NCBI GenBank assembly: GCA_963753565.1
Contig: CAVWCT010000022.1
Coordinates: 3,839-67,838, forward strand
DNA length: 64,000 nucleotides
Direction of reading: 5' to 3'
Source: an uncultured Actinomycetota bacterium
GTDB taxonomy: Bacteria > Actinomycetota > Actinomycetes > Propionibacteriales > Nocardioidaceae
The notes beneath the pieces were generated by a model. The model worked only from the letters and a program-made list of their open reading frames with translations, was not told where the DNA came from and did not search any database. Positions within the stretch are counted from its first letter, which is position 1. Every line of letters starts with the position of its first letter. Positions 1 to 11,510 of this stretch are shown piece after piece. The translations under genes were made by a program, and so were the position numbers.

Positions 1-807
1 CTTCTCGACGTTGCGTCGCTGAGCCGGCGTCCGGCTGAGCACAAGCATCTCTGCGTGCCGCCAGACCATCTCGCGCCAGCCACGCATGATCACTCCGGCG
101 GCGGTCTCCTCGAGGGGGCCGACATCGATGTCGTCGAAGCCCGGGTCGAAACGCCTGGCCTCCTCGGCGAAGACCGGTGCGTAGAGGCTGTCGAGGCGCT
201 TGTTGTAGCGGTTGTGGTCGCGCTTGTGGCTCTTCCCGTTGCGCGCGGTCAGGCCCACCTCCGCCAGCACGTGCGGGAAGTCGCGGTTGATGTGCGCGTT
301 CATGGCGAGCATGAAGTTGCCGAGCCCGGTCATGGTCTTGTCGTCCTCGGCCTGCAGCGCGATCTTCCACGCGCGCGGCACGTCCTTCACCCGGCCGGCG
401 TGCCAGTCGTCCATCACGTCGAAGTAGAGCCCCGCGAAGATGGCATCCAGCCGGTTCAGCCACCTGCGGTCCGAGAAGTAGCCGTGTTGCTGGGCGGCCT
501 GGACGTTCTCGGTGACCCGGAGATAGGCGAGCGAGAAGATCGCATCGTGCTGGCAGGTCGAGGCCAGCTGGGTCAGTCGGCCCCTCATCTCCGAGATCAC
601 CTTGGCGATGCAGGAGTCCGAGCCGCTGCGGCAGACCTTCCCGGTGTACGGCGCGTAGGGCACCGGCAGCGGCGGCAGGATCTCGATCACCGGATCGAGC
701 GGCCCGGGTCCGATGACCGGGTCGGCGAGGGCGGGTGCCGCCGAGGCGAGAGCGAGCGTCAGTGCGAGCGTGCCGACCGTTGGGCGCAGCGCTTCACGAA
801 GCCTCAT
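1..807 (-). CDS. Secreted DUF5995-family protein (3' end runs off the window)
   Basis: Not in the ORF track. Manual translation from ATG at 807: MRLREALRPTVGTLALTLALASAAPALADP (signal peptide), then AIFSLAYLRVTENV, WLNRLDAIFAGLYF and LAMNAHINRDFP, motifs I recall for DUF5995; open to position 1. Confidence 0.75.
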   Translation of the reverse strand, partial: MRLREALRPTVGTLALTLALASAAPALADPVIGPGPLDPVIEILPPLPVPYAPYTGKVCRSGSDSCIAKVISEMRGRLTQLASTCQHDAIFSLAYLRVTENVQAAQQHGYFSDRRWLNRLDAIFAGLYFDVMDDWHAGRVKDVPRAWKIALQAEDDKTMTGLGNFMLAMNAHINRDFPHVLAEVGLTARNGKSHKRDHNRYNKRLDSLYAPVFAEEARRFDPGFDDIDVGPLEETAAGVIMRGWREMVWRHAEMLVLSRTPAQRRNVEK

Positions 808-877
808 GAAGGGCTCAACGACCGACCGAGGCAACCGTGACGGTGGTCACCAGCGGGTGGAGCACTAGCCTGCTTGG

Positions 878-2035
878 GTGAGCGAACAGCAGCACAGGAA
901 CAAGTCGGGCTTCGAGACGCGTGCGATCCACGCCGGCTACGAACCCGACCCGACCACCGGCGCGGTGATCCCGCCCATCTACGCGACCTCGACGTACAAG
1001 CAGGACGGCGTCGGCGGGCTGCGCGGCGGCTATGAGTACAGCCGCTCGGGCAACCCGACCCGCACCGCCCTCGAGGGCAACATCGCGGCCCTGGAGGAAG
1101 GGGAGCGCGGCTTCGCCTTCGCCTCCGGCCTGGCCGCGGAGGACACCATCGTGCGGTCGGTGTTGGCACCAGGTGACCACGTGGTGTTCCCCAACGACGC
1201 CTACGGCGGCACCTTCCGGCTCTTCGACAAGGTCGAGAAGCTGTGGGGCATCGACTACACGCCGGTCGGTCACGCCGTCGACGCGGTGCGGGCCGCGATC
1301 CGCCCGGAGACCAAGATGGTCTGGGTCGAGACGCCGACCAACCCCCTGCTCGGCATCGCCGACATCGAAGCCCTCGCCGGTGTCGCCCGCGAGGCGGGCG
1401 CGCTGCTGGTCGTCGACAACACCTTCGCCTCGCCGTACCTCCAGCAGCCGCTGACCCTCGGCGCCGACATCGTGGTCCACTCGACGACCAAGTACTGCGG
1501 CGGCCACTCCGACGTCGTCGGCGGTGCGGTCGTGGTCCGCGACCTCGAGATCGCCGAGAAGATCGCGTTCCACCACAACGCGATGGGCGCGGTGGCCGGA
1601 CCGTTCGACGCCTGGCTGACGCTGCGCGGCCTGAAGACCCTGGCCATCCGGATGGACCGGCACTGCGACAACGCCGAGAAGGTCGTCGACTTCCTGGTCG
1701 GCCATCCCGCCGTGACCCACGTCTTCTATCCCGGCCTGCCCGAGCACCCCGGCCACGAGATCGCCGCGCGTCAGATGAAGCGGTTCGGCGGGATGGTGTC
1801 GTTCCGCGTCGCCGGCGGCGAGGCCCAGGCGCTGTCGGTGTGCGAGCGCACCGAGGTGTTCACGCTGGCCGAGTCGCTCGGCGGTATCGAGAGCCTGATC
1901 GAGCACCCGGGTCGGATGACCCACGCCAGCGTCGCCGGCACCGACCTAGAGGTGCCCTCCGACCTGGTGCGACTCAGCGTGGGCATCGAGACCGCCGACG
2001 ACCTGATTGCAGATCTCGAACGTGCCCTCGGCTGA
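878..2035 (+). CDS. metB: Cystathionine gamma-synthase/lyase (PLP, Cys/Met metabolism)
   Basis: YEYSRSGNPTR, VVDNTFASP, HSTTKYCGGHSD (PLP lysine), LAESLGG; TAGCCT at 866-871 just before the GTG suggests a leaderless transcript. Confidence 0.95.
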   Translation: MSEQQHRNKSGFETRAIHAGYEPDPTTGAVIPPIYATSTYKQDGVGGLRGGYEYSRSGNPTRTALEGNIAALEEGERGFAFASGLAAEDTIVRSVLAPGDHVVFPNDAYGGTFRLFDKVEKLWGIDYTPVGHAVDAVRAAIRPETKMVWVETPTNPLLGIADIEALAGVAREAGALLVVDNTFASPYLQQPLTLGADIVVHSTTKYCGGHSDVVGGAVVVRDLEIAEKIAFHHNAMGAVAGPFDAWLTLRGLKTLAIRMDRHCDNAEKVVDFLVGHPAVTHVFYPGLPEHPGHEIAARQMKRFGGMVSFRVAGGEAQALSVCERTEVFTLAESLGGIESLIEHPGRMTHASVAGTDLEVPSDLVRLSVGIETADDLIADLERALG

Positions 2036-3411
2036 CGTCGCGGTCTGTGTCGACTTCGGCTCCACGTTCACCAAGGCGCATGCTGGTCGACCTGACCGCG
2101 GGCGCCGTCATCGCCGCCGCCGAACACCCGACGACTCTCGAGACCGACGTACTCGACGGGTACGACGGCTGCCTGGCCGAGCTGGTCGCCGCCGATCCAC
2201 GAGCCGCCGACGCCGAGGTGCTGGCCTGCTCGAGCGCGGGCGGCGGGCTGCGGATCGCCGTGGTCGGCAACGAGGAGCTGGTCACCGCCGAGGCCGGCCG
2301 CAGGGTGGCGCTCAGCAGCGGCGGCAAGGTGGTCGAGGTGATCGCGGCAGCGGTTCGTGTGCCTGAGGCCGACCTCTACGGCGGGCTCAGGCACACGACC
2401 CGGCCCGACGTCATCCTCCTCACCGGCGGCACCGACGGCGGCAACAGCGAGGTGCTGCTCGGGGCGGCGCGAGATCTCGTCGAGAGCGGCTGGACCGGAC
2501 CGGTCGTGGTTGCCGGCAACGTCGAGGCCCAGTCCGAGGTCGCGAAGATCCTCGGCGAAGTGCCGCACGTGATCGCGGACAACGTCGTGCCCCGGATCGG
2601 GGTACTCGCTCCCGACAGCGCGCGTGCGGCGATCCGCGAGATGTTCCTGGCGCACGTCATCGGCGGCAAGCACCTCAGCAGCCGCGCCGACTTCGTGGAG
2701 ATGGTCAGGGGAGCGACGCCCGACGTGGTGCTCACCGGAGTCGAGCTGCTGGCCAACGGGCTCGACGATCAGCACCCGGGAGTTGGTGACGTCGTGGTCG
2801 TCGATGTCGGTGGGGCGACGACGGACGTGCACTCGGTCGTCGATGTAGACCCGGAGCTAGCCACATTTTCTGGGCGAGAGCTCTCCCGGGAGGTCGTGGC
2901 CACCACCGCGGTCACTCGAACCGTCGAGGGCGACCTCGGGATGCGCTGGTCGGCGGTGACCACCGTCGAGGAGGCGGACCTGCCCGAGCTGACCGCGGCA
3001 GCGCGGCTGCGCTCCGACGACCCGGGCTTCCTGCCGAGCTCCGACCACGAGCGCGACGCCGACGAGGCGATCGCCCGAGCCGCGATCGGCCTGGCCCTCA
3101 GGCGGCACGCCGGCCGGTCGAAGGTGGTGGTCAGCCCGGAGGGACGGGTGGTCGAACGCACCGGCAAGGACCTCCGAGAGGTCGACCTGGTGGTGGGGTC
3201 GGGCGGCGCCCTGCGGCACGGCCGCACCGGCATCGCCGACAGGGTCCTCGCCCCCAACGTGGGCGCGGGCATCGACGGCGGCTGGCAGCTGCCCGAGCAT
3301 GCGCGGGTGGTCGTCGACGCCGACTACGTGCTGGCGGCGATCGGGTTGCTGGCTCCGCGCCATCCGATGGCGGCGTACCGACTGGCCCGGAGCCTGGCGG
3401 TCACGGCTTAG
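2022..3411 (+). pseudogene. Glutamate mutase L (GlmL)-family protein with a +1 frameshift near 2079 (real lesion or sequencing error)
   Basis: N-terminus VPSADVAVCVDFGSTFTKA (from GTG 2022) is in a different frame from MLVDL...CSSAGGGLR...LLTGGTDGG...VDVGGATTDVHS...RTVEGDLGMR. Removing one base in AAG GCG C ATG joins them. Confidence 0.75.
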
Positions 3412-3420
3412 GCTCACCGC

Positions 3421-4791
3421 GTGAGCAACGACGCTGACCCGCCCGACCCGCCCGACGCCGAGGACGAAGCCCCGGACGAGACCCCGGACGAGCAAGCCGA
3501 GCAAGCCGAGCAGCGACGTCGGCTGCCGATGCGTCGGGCCCGAGCGGAGTCCGACGCCGACCAGGACACGATGGCCCACCGCCTGGCCAGCCAGTGGTCG
3601 CAGCTCCGCTACGTACGCCGCGGCGAACCCGCCCCGATCGCGACCGGCACGTCCAACTTCGACCGCGCGCAGGTGCCGTGGGGCCTTGACCTCGCCGCGG
3701 CCTGGGCCTGGCGCCTGATCATCATCGGCGCGGCCACCTACGGCATCTTCTGGATCATCGCCTACTTCTCGGTGATCACGCTGCCGCTGGTGATCGCGCT
3801 GCTGATCACCGCGCTGGTCAGCCCGGCCGTGAACGCGATGACCCGGGCGGGCCTGCCGCGCGGGCTGGCCGCGATCATCATGGTCCTCGGTGGCCTCGCC
3901 GCCATCGCCTTGTTGCTGACGTTCGCCGGCCAGCAGGTGGCAACCGGAGCCGAGGACCTCGCCGACTCCACCGTGGAGGGGCTCGGCAAGATCCGGGACT
4001 GGCTCCAGGACGGCCCGCTCAACGCCAGCGACTCGCAGATCGAGAACTACATCCAGACGGCGCAGGACGCCATCCGCGACCAGACCAACGACGGTGCCCT
4101 GAAGTCCGTCGGCGAGATCGGCACCGCGGTCGGCCACGTGTTCGCCGGCTTCTTCATCATCTTGTTCTCGACGTTCTTCTTCCTCGCCGACGGCGACCGG
4201 ATCTGGGCGTGGCTCGTCCGGATCGCTCCGCGGGCGGCGCGCGAGCGGGTCGACAGCTCTGGCCGGGTGGCCTGGATCTCGCTGACCCAGTTCGTGCGGG
4301 CGACGGTGATCGTGGCGCTGGTCGACTCGATCGGAATCATGATCGTCGCCGCCATCCTCGGCGTCCCGTTCGTGCTTGCACTCGGCGTACTGGTGTTCCT
4401 CGGCGCGTTCATCCCACTGGTCGGTGCCACCGTGGCCGGCAGCGTTGCGGTCCTCGTGGCGCTGGTCGACCAGGGACCGGTCGATGCCTTGCTGATGCTC
4501 GCCGGAGTGATCCTGGTGCAGCAGATCGAGGGCCACATCCTGCAGCCGTTCCTGATGGGCCGGTGGGTCTCGGTCCACCCGCTCGGCGTGATCCTCGCGC
4601 TCGGGTGCGGCGTGCTGGTCGGTGGCGTGGCCGGTGCCCTGGTAGCAGTGCCGCTGGCCGCGGCCGGCAACGCGGTCGTCCAGCACCTCGCGTCCCACAC
4701 CAGCCCCGGAGACGATCCCGTGGAGGAGCTGGCAGAGGACTATGAAGAGATCGGCGCGAGCGCCGAGGTCGAGGAGCCAACGGATGACTGA
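3421..4791 (+). CDS. AI-2E family transporter (PerM-like)
   Basis: Multiple TM segments, FFFLADG, LGAFIPLVGA, QQIEGHILQPFLMGRWVSVHPL. Confidence 0.9.
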   Translation: MSNDADPPDPPDAEDEAPDETPDEQAEQAEQRRRLPMRRARAESDADQDTMAHRLASQWSQLRYVRRGEPAPIATGTSNFDRAQVPWGLDLAAAWAWRLIIIGAATYGIFWIIAYFSVITLPLVIALLITALVSPAVNAMTRAGLPRGLAAIIMVLGGLAAIALLLTFAGQQVATGAEDLADSTVEGLGKIRDWLQDGPLNASDSQIENYIQTAQDAIRDQTNDGALKSVGEIGTAVGHVFAGFFIILFSTFFFLADGDRIWAWLVRIAPRAARERVDSSGRVAWISLTQFVRATVIVALVDSIGIMIVAAILGVPFVLALGVLVFLGAFIPLVGATVAGSVAVLVALVDQGPVDALLMLAGVILVQQIEGHILQPFLMGRWVSVHPLGVILALGCGVLVGGVAGALVAVPLAAAGNAVVQHLASHTSPGDDPVEELAEDYEEIGASAEVEEPTDD

Positions 4792-5989
4792 CATCACGCT
4801 CGCCGACATCGAGGCGGCCCGGGAGCTGCTGCGCGGCGTCTCGATCGAAACCCCGATGGAGGAGTCGCGCTGGCTGTCGGCGAAGGTCGGTGGCCCGGTC
4901 TACCTCAAGTGCGAGAACCTCCAGCGCACCGGCTCGTTCAAGACGCGTGGTGCCTACACCAGGATCTCGCGGCTCTCGGAGGAGGAGCGGGCCCGAGGTG
5001 TGGTGGCGGCGTCGGCCGGCAACCACGCCCAGGGCGTCGCGCTGGCTGCCCAGCTGCTCGGCATCCACGCGACCGTGTTCATGCCGGAGGGCGCGCCCAT
5101 TCCCAAGGAGAAGGCAACCCGGGGGTACGGCGCCGACGTGATCTTCGAGGGCCGCTACCTCGAGGACTCCCTCGTGGCCGCGCGAGCGTTCGAAGCGGAG
5201 ACCGGCGCAGTGCTGATCCACCCCTTCGACCACCCCGACATCGTGGCCGGGCAGGGCACCGTCGGGCTGGAGATCATCGAGCAGGCACCCGACGTCCAGA
5301 CCGTGCTCGTGCCGACCGGGGGTGGCGGGCTGCTGGCCGGCATCGCGATCGCGGTGAAGGCGCTGCGCCCCGACGTTCGAGTCGTGGGCGTGCAGGCGAA
5401 GGGCGCGGCGGCGTACCCGGACTCCCTGAAGCAGGGGCTCCCGGTGGCGCTCCATGAGATGAAGACCATGGCCGACGGCATCGCCGTTGGCCTGCCCGGC
5501 GACATCACCTTCGCGGCGGTGCGCGAGCACTGCAACGACATCATCACCGTCTCCGAGGAGTCGATGTCACGGGCACTCCTGGCCCTCGTCGAGCGGGCCA
5601 AGATGGTCGTCGAACCCGCCGGGGCCGCCGCCGTCGCGGCGATGCTCGACCAGCCGACGGCGTTCGCGACACCCGCGGTGGCGGTGCTCTCGGGCGGCAA
5701 CATCGACCCGATCCTGCTCGGCAAGGTGATCCAGCACGGCATGGCCGCGGCCGGTCGCTACCTGAACCTCCACGTCACGATTCCGGACGTGCCGGGCGGG
5801 CTGGCGCAGCTGCTCACCGAAGTCGGGACGGCCGGCGGCAACGTGCTCGAGGTCGCGCACGAGCGGATCTCACCAGGGCTCCACCTCGACGAGGTGGAGG
5901 TGCACCTGCAGCTCGAGACCCGCGGTGAGCCGCACGCCGAGAAGGTGATCGCGCGGCTGCGCGAGCGCGGCTACCGGGTGATCGAGTAG
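4784..5989 (+). CDS. ilvA: Threonine ammonia-lyase with C-terminal ACT domain
   Basis: YLKCENLQRTGSFKTRGA, ASAGNHAQG, PTGGGGL, LSGGNID; ATG 4784 overlaps the end of the upstream gene. Confidence 0.93.
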   Translation: MTDITLADIEAARELLRGVSIETPMEESRWLSAKVGGPVYLKCENLQRTGSFKTRGAYTRISRLSEEERARGVVAASAGNHAQGVALAAQLLGIHATVFMPEGAPIPKEKATRGYGADVIFEGRYLEDSLVAARAFEAETGAVLIHPFDHPDIVAGQGTVGLEIIEQAPDVQTVLVPTGGGGLLAGIAIAVKALRPDVRVVGVQAKGAAAYPDSLKQGLPVALHEMKTMADGIAVGLPGDITFAAVREHCNDIITVSEESMSRALLALVERAKMVVEPAGAAAVAAMLDQPTAFATPAVAVLSGGNIDPILLGKVIQHGMAAAGRYLNLHVTIPDVPGGLAQLLTEVGTAGGNVLEVAHERISPGLHLDEVEVHLQLETRGEPHAEKVIARLRERGYRVIE

Positions 5990-6000
5990 CCCCAGTCGGC

Positions 6001-6507
6001 TCAGCCGGTGTAGGGGACGGCCTTGAGGATCTCGACCTCGAGGCTCTTGCCGTTGACCTCGTAGCTCACCCGGTCACCCTGCTTCTTGCCGAGCATCGCC
6101 GAGCCGATGGGGGACTGGGGCGAGTAAGCCTTGACGTCGGTGGCGGCGTCCTCGATCTCGCGGGCGCCGAGCAGGAACGTCTCGGCCTCGTCGTCGTCGT
6201 CGCCGACGAACTTGTAGGTGACGACCATGCCGGGCTCGACGATCCCGTCGTCGGGCGGCGTCTCGCCGACCTCGGCGCGGCGGAGCATGTCTTCGAGCTG
6301 CCGGATCCGGCCCTCGATCTTGCCCTGCTCGTCCTTGGCGGCGTGGTAGCCGCCGTTCTCCTTCAGGTCCCCTTCGTCGCGAGCAGCACTGATCCGAGAG
6401 ATGATCTCCTGCCGCACGGGGCCCTTGAGGTTCTCGAGCTCCGACTGGAGCTTCTGGTGGGCCTCAGCGGTCAGCCAGATCTTGGTCTGCTCGGTCGACT
6501 GAGTCAT
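6001..6507 (-). CDS. greA: Transcription elongation factor GreA
   Basis: ARDEGDLKENGGYHAAK and SPQSPIGSAMLG motifs; AGGAG RBS. Confidence 0.97.
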   Translation of the reverse strand: MTQSTEQTKIWLTAEAHQKLQSELENLKGPVRQEIISRISAARDEGDLKENGGYHAAKDEQGKIEGRIRQLEDMLRRAEVGETPPDDGIVEPGMVVTYKFVGDDDDEAETFLLGAREIEDAATDVKAYSPQSPIGSAMLGKKQGDRVSYEVNGKSLEVEILKAVPYTG

Positions 6508-6659
6508 GGGGGTACTCCTGTAGGTGAAGCTGGGTGCGGATTGCGTTGCCGTCTCGGTGCCATGAAAAGCACTACTCGCTGTCGCGGGGCGCCTTCCTGG
6601 TCGGCCCCGGCGGGACGGTCAGAGCTGCCAGTTTAACAACCAAACGCGATTGACGCAGA

Positions 6660-7073
6660 TCAGCGCGGTCGCGACTGGTCCTCGGTGGTGCAGCCGACGA
6701 GCTCGACCGAGGTCGCCCGGCGCTCGGTCCGGATCGTCACGTCGTCGCTCTGTTGGGCGTCGCCGGCGGGACTCCACGACAGCTCGCCGACCACCGTGTG
6801 GTCCTCGGCGAAGGCCCGGACCAGGCAGGTGGCCGCAACGTCGTCGTCGCGGCGATCGACGGCGACCACCGCCGTCGCGGTGTGGTCGTCGACGACCTCG
6901 AACGACTCCAGGTCCGACTCCACCTCCGGGGTCGCGTGGACGAACGCCGACCAGGCCAGCCAGGCGAGGAACACGGCCGCCACCGCCACGCAGCCGCCGA
7001 GCAAGGCCCGGCGACGCCAGGGCGACGGGGGGCCGTACCGCCCGGCGAGGGCATCCTGCGAGGTCACCCCCAA
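6660..7073 (-). CDS. DUF4307 membrane protein
   Basis: RYG plus one TM helix, CLVRAFAEDHTVVGE, TERRATSVELVGC; conserved position between greA and mca. Confidence 0.85.
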   Translation of the reverse strand: MGVTSQDALAGRYGPPSPWRRRALLGGCVAVAAVFLAWLAWSAFVHATPEVESDLESFEVVDDHTATAVVAVDRRDDDVAATCLVRAFAEDHTVVGELSWSPAGDAQQSDDVTIRTERRATSVELVGCTTEDQSRPR

Positions 7074-7096
7074 AGCGTGACACCTAACATGAACGG

Positions 7097-7993
7097 GTGT
7101 CGCAGCGCCCTGGAACCGGACCCCGCGCGGGCTACCGGTTGATGCATGTCCATGCCCACCCCGACGACGAGTCGAGCAAGGGGGCTGCCTCGACCGCGAT
7201 GTACGTCGCGGAGGGGGTCGACGTCCACGTCGTCACCTGCACCGGGGGTGAACGCGGCTCGATCCTGAACCCCAAGATGGACCGTCCCGAGGTGCTGGAG
7301 AACATCACCGAGATCCGGCGTCAGGAGATGGAGCGAGCCCGCGACATCCTGGGCGTGCGTCAGGACTGGCTGGGCTTCATCGACTCGGGCTGGCCGGAGG
7401 GCGACCCCAAGCCGCCGCTGCCGGAGGGCTGCTTCGGCCTGGTGCCGCTCGAGGAGGCTGCCGAGCCCCTGGTGCGGCTGATCCGGAGCTTCCGGCCGCA
7501 CGTCGTCACGACGTACGACGAACGCGGCGGCTACCCGCACCCCGACCACGTCAAGTGCCACGAGATCGGCGTCGCTGCATTCGAGGCGGCCGGCGACCCG
7601 GAGCGCTACCCGGAGGCTGGGGAGCCGTGGCAGCCGCTGAAGCTCTACTACCACCACGGGTTCAACCGGCCCCGGATGCAGGCCATCCACGACGCGATGA
7701 TCGCCCACGGCCTCGAGTCGCCGTGGGCGGAGCGGCTCGAGGAGTGGAAGCCGGACCCCGAGTGGGACGCCCGGATCACCACCCGGGTGCCCTGCTCCGA
7801 CTACTTCGGCGTGCGCGACCAGGCGCTGCTCGCGCACGCGACCCAGATCGACCCGGACGGGTTCTGGTTCGCGGTGCCGCGCGAGCTCCAGGCGGAGGTG
7901 TGGCCGACCGAGGACTTCGAGCTCGTGGTGAGCCACGTCGCCTCGCAGACCCCGGAGGACGACCTGTTCGCCGGCATCACCGAACCCGCCTGA
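7097..7993 (+). CDS. mca: Mycothiol S-conjugate amidase
   Basis: [48 protein letters not shown]. Confidence 0.95.
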   Translation: MSQRPGTGPRAGYRLMHVHAHPDDESSKGAASTAMYVAEGVDVHVVTCTGGERGSILNPKMDRPEVLENITEIRRQEMERARDILGVRQDWLGFIDSGWPEGDPKPPLPEGCFGLVPLEEAAEPLVRLIRSFRPHVVTTYDERGGYPHPDHVKCHEIGVAAFEAAGDPERYPEAGEPWQPLKLYYHHGFNRPRMQAIHDAMIAHGLESPWAERLEEWKPDPEWDARITTRVPCSDYFGVRDQALLAHATQIDPDGFWFAVPRELQAEVWPTEDFELVVSHVASQTPEDDLFAGITEPA

Positions 7994-8005
7994 AAGACTG
8001 CAGCC

Positions 8006-8275
8006 ATGTACGCCGAACTCCTCAGCCTGGCCTCCGCCGTCGCGCAGGCCGTCGATCCAGTGCCCGAGGAGAACGACGTCAAGGCCGGCTGGGCGGCGTT
8101 CGCCTTGTTCGCGCTGCTGATCGCGGCCGTGGTCATCCTGGCGTTCAGCCTGGTCAAGCGGCTGCGCAACGCGGAGCGGGCCGAGGAACAAGGCCTCTAC
8201 GACCCGTCGGACAAGCCGAAGGCAGGCCCGGCGGACACCACGAGCGAGAGCCCGACCGAGAGCCCGAAGGAGTAG
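8006..8275 (+). CDS. Small membrane protein
   Basis: DVKAGW plus one TM helix and SLVKRLR; usual position directly after mca. Confidence 0.75.
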   Translation: MYAELLSLASAVAQAVDPVPEENDVKAGWAAFALFALLIAAVVILAFSLVKRLRNAERAEEQGLYDPSDKPKAGPADTTSESPTESPKE

Positions 8276-8276
8276 C

Positions 8277-8648
8277 TCAGCCCTCCGCGGGCTGCTGCTC
8301 CGCGATCTGGCGGCGTACGTCGTCCATGTCGAGACCGCGCACCCCGGCGATCACCTGGTCGAGCGCCGGCGCCGGCAGCGCTCCGGGCTGGGCGAACACC
8401 AGGATTCCCTCGCGGAACGCCATCAAGGTCGGGATCGACTGGATCCCCGCCATCGAGGCGAGCTCCCGTTGGTCCTCGGTGTCGATCGAGCCGAACGTGA
8501 TGTCCGGATTCGCCTCGGAGGCCGCCTCGTAGGTGGGCGCGAACTGCCGGCACGGGCCGCACCAGCTCGCCCAGAAGTCGACGAGCAGAATGTCGTCGTC
8601 CTTCACGTGCGTCTCGAAGTTCTCGATGGTCAGCTCGATGGTGGCCAT
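8277..8648 (-). CDS. trxA: Thioredoxin
   Basis: VDFWASWCGPC active site, IQSIPTLM. Confidence 0.92.
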   Translation of the reverse strand: MATIELTIENFETHVKDDDILLVDFWASWCGPCRQFAPTYEAASEANPDITFGSIDTEDQRELASMAGIQSIPTLMAFREGILVFAQPGALPAPALDQVIAGVRGLDMDDVRRQIAEQQPAEG

Positions 8649-8698
8649 CCTTCGACTCTACCGAGGAGGTGGTTCCTGACCACCCGTCAAGGAGACTG

Positions 8699-9325
8699 GT
8701 GAGCGTGCACGCGCAACCACGACTCGTCCCGGTCGGCCGACCACGCTCGCCCGAGGCGGCTGTGCTGGTCCTGCACGGCGGGGCGTCGCGCGGCGACCGG
8801 ATGGTGGTGAGCCCCACGCAGCTCTCCGTGATGCGGATGATCCCGACCGCGCGTGAGGTGGCACGCGCCGGTCTCGGGCGGCTGGCCGTCTTCCGCCTGC
8901 TGAACTCCTACCGCGGCTGGGACGCCCACCACACACCAGTGGCGGACGCCGCCTGGGCCATGGCGCAGGTGCGCAAGCAGTACGGCGACCTTCCCTTCGG
9001 CATGGTCGGCCACTCGCTCGGTGGCCGGGCCGCCCTGCTGGCCGGCGAGCTGGATACCGTCGAGTCGGTGGTCGCCCTGAACCCCTGGGTCTATCCGACC
9101 GACACGGCCGACCTCACGGGTCGCCGGGTGCTGATCGTGCACGGTGAGCAAGACCGCGTCGCCTCACTGGCGAGGTCCGAAGCGGTCGCAGGCAACTTGG
9201 CTCGCACCGCCCATGTCGAGTTCGTCCGGATCCCTGGTGGCAAGCACGCAATGCTGCGCCACCGTCGCGAGTTCGACGGGCGGGCGGCCGGCTTCACCGC
9301 GGAGTCGCTGCTGACCCACGTCTGA
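8699..9325 (+). CDS. Alpha/beta hydrolase
   Basis: VLHGG, GHSLGG nucleophile motif, IVHGEQD, GKH; AAGGAG RBS before GTG 8699. Confidence 0.85.
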   Translation: MSVHAQPRLVPVGRPRSPEAAVLVLHGGASRGDRMVVSPTQLSVMRMIPTAREVARAGLGRLAVFRLLNSYRGWDAHHTPVADAAWAMAQVRKQYGDLPFGMVGHSLGGRAALLAGELDTVESVVALNPWVYPTDTADLTGRRVLIVHGEQDRVASLARSEAVAGNLARTAHVEFVRIPGGKHAMLRHRREFDGRAAGFTAESLLTHV

Positions 9326-9337
9326 GTGAGTGTGGCA

Positions 9338-9486
9338 GCCGTCGACGGCCATCTCGCCGAGCTCGGACGACTCGGTGCCGGGCACGGTGGTGTTGATGAT
9401 CCGCGGGGTCTCGGAAAGATAGGACGGCAGCTCGCTTGTCGCCTGGAAGTGCGCGGACCGACGTGGGCGGCGCCGGCCGCGTCGTG
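9338..9486 (-). pseudogene. 3' remnant of a putative quinol/antibiotic-biosynthesis monooxygenase gene
   Basis: [10 protein letters not shown] / frameshift / [38 protein letters not shown] resembles, from memory, the C-terminus of actinobacterial ABM proteins; no N-terminal half. Confidence 0.6.
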
Positions 9487-9517
9487 GCGGTGGCTACGGT
9501 GCTCTCGGAGGTGCCCA

Positions 9518-11491
<1,974 letters not shown>

Positions 11492-11510
11492 AGCGAGTAC
11501 GTTCGGCGAT

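Noticed and set aside
1243-2079. N-terminal part of the 722-aa ORF as a real fusion
   Set aside because: Arg/Pro-rich off-frame reading of metB; only the part from 2080 is protein-like.
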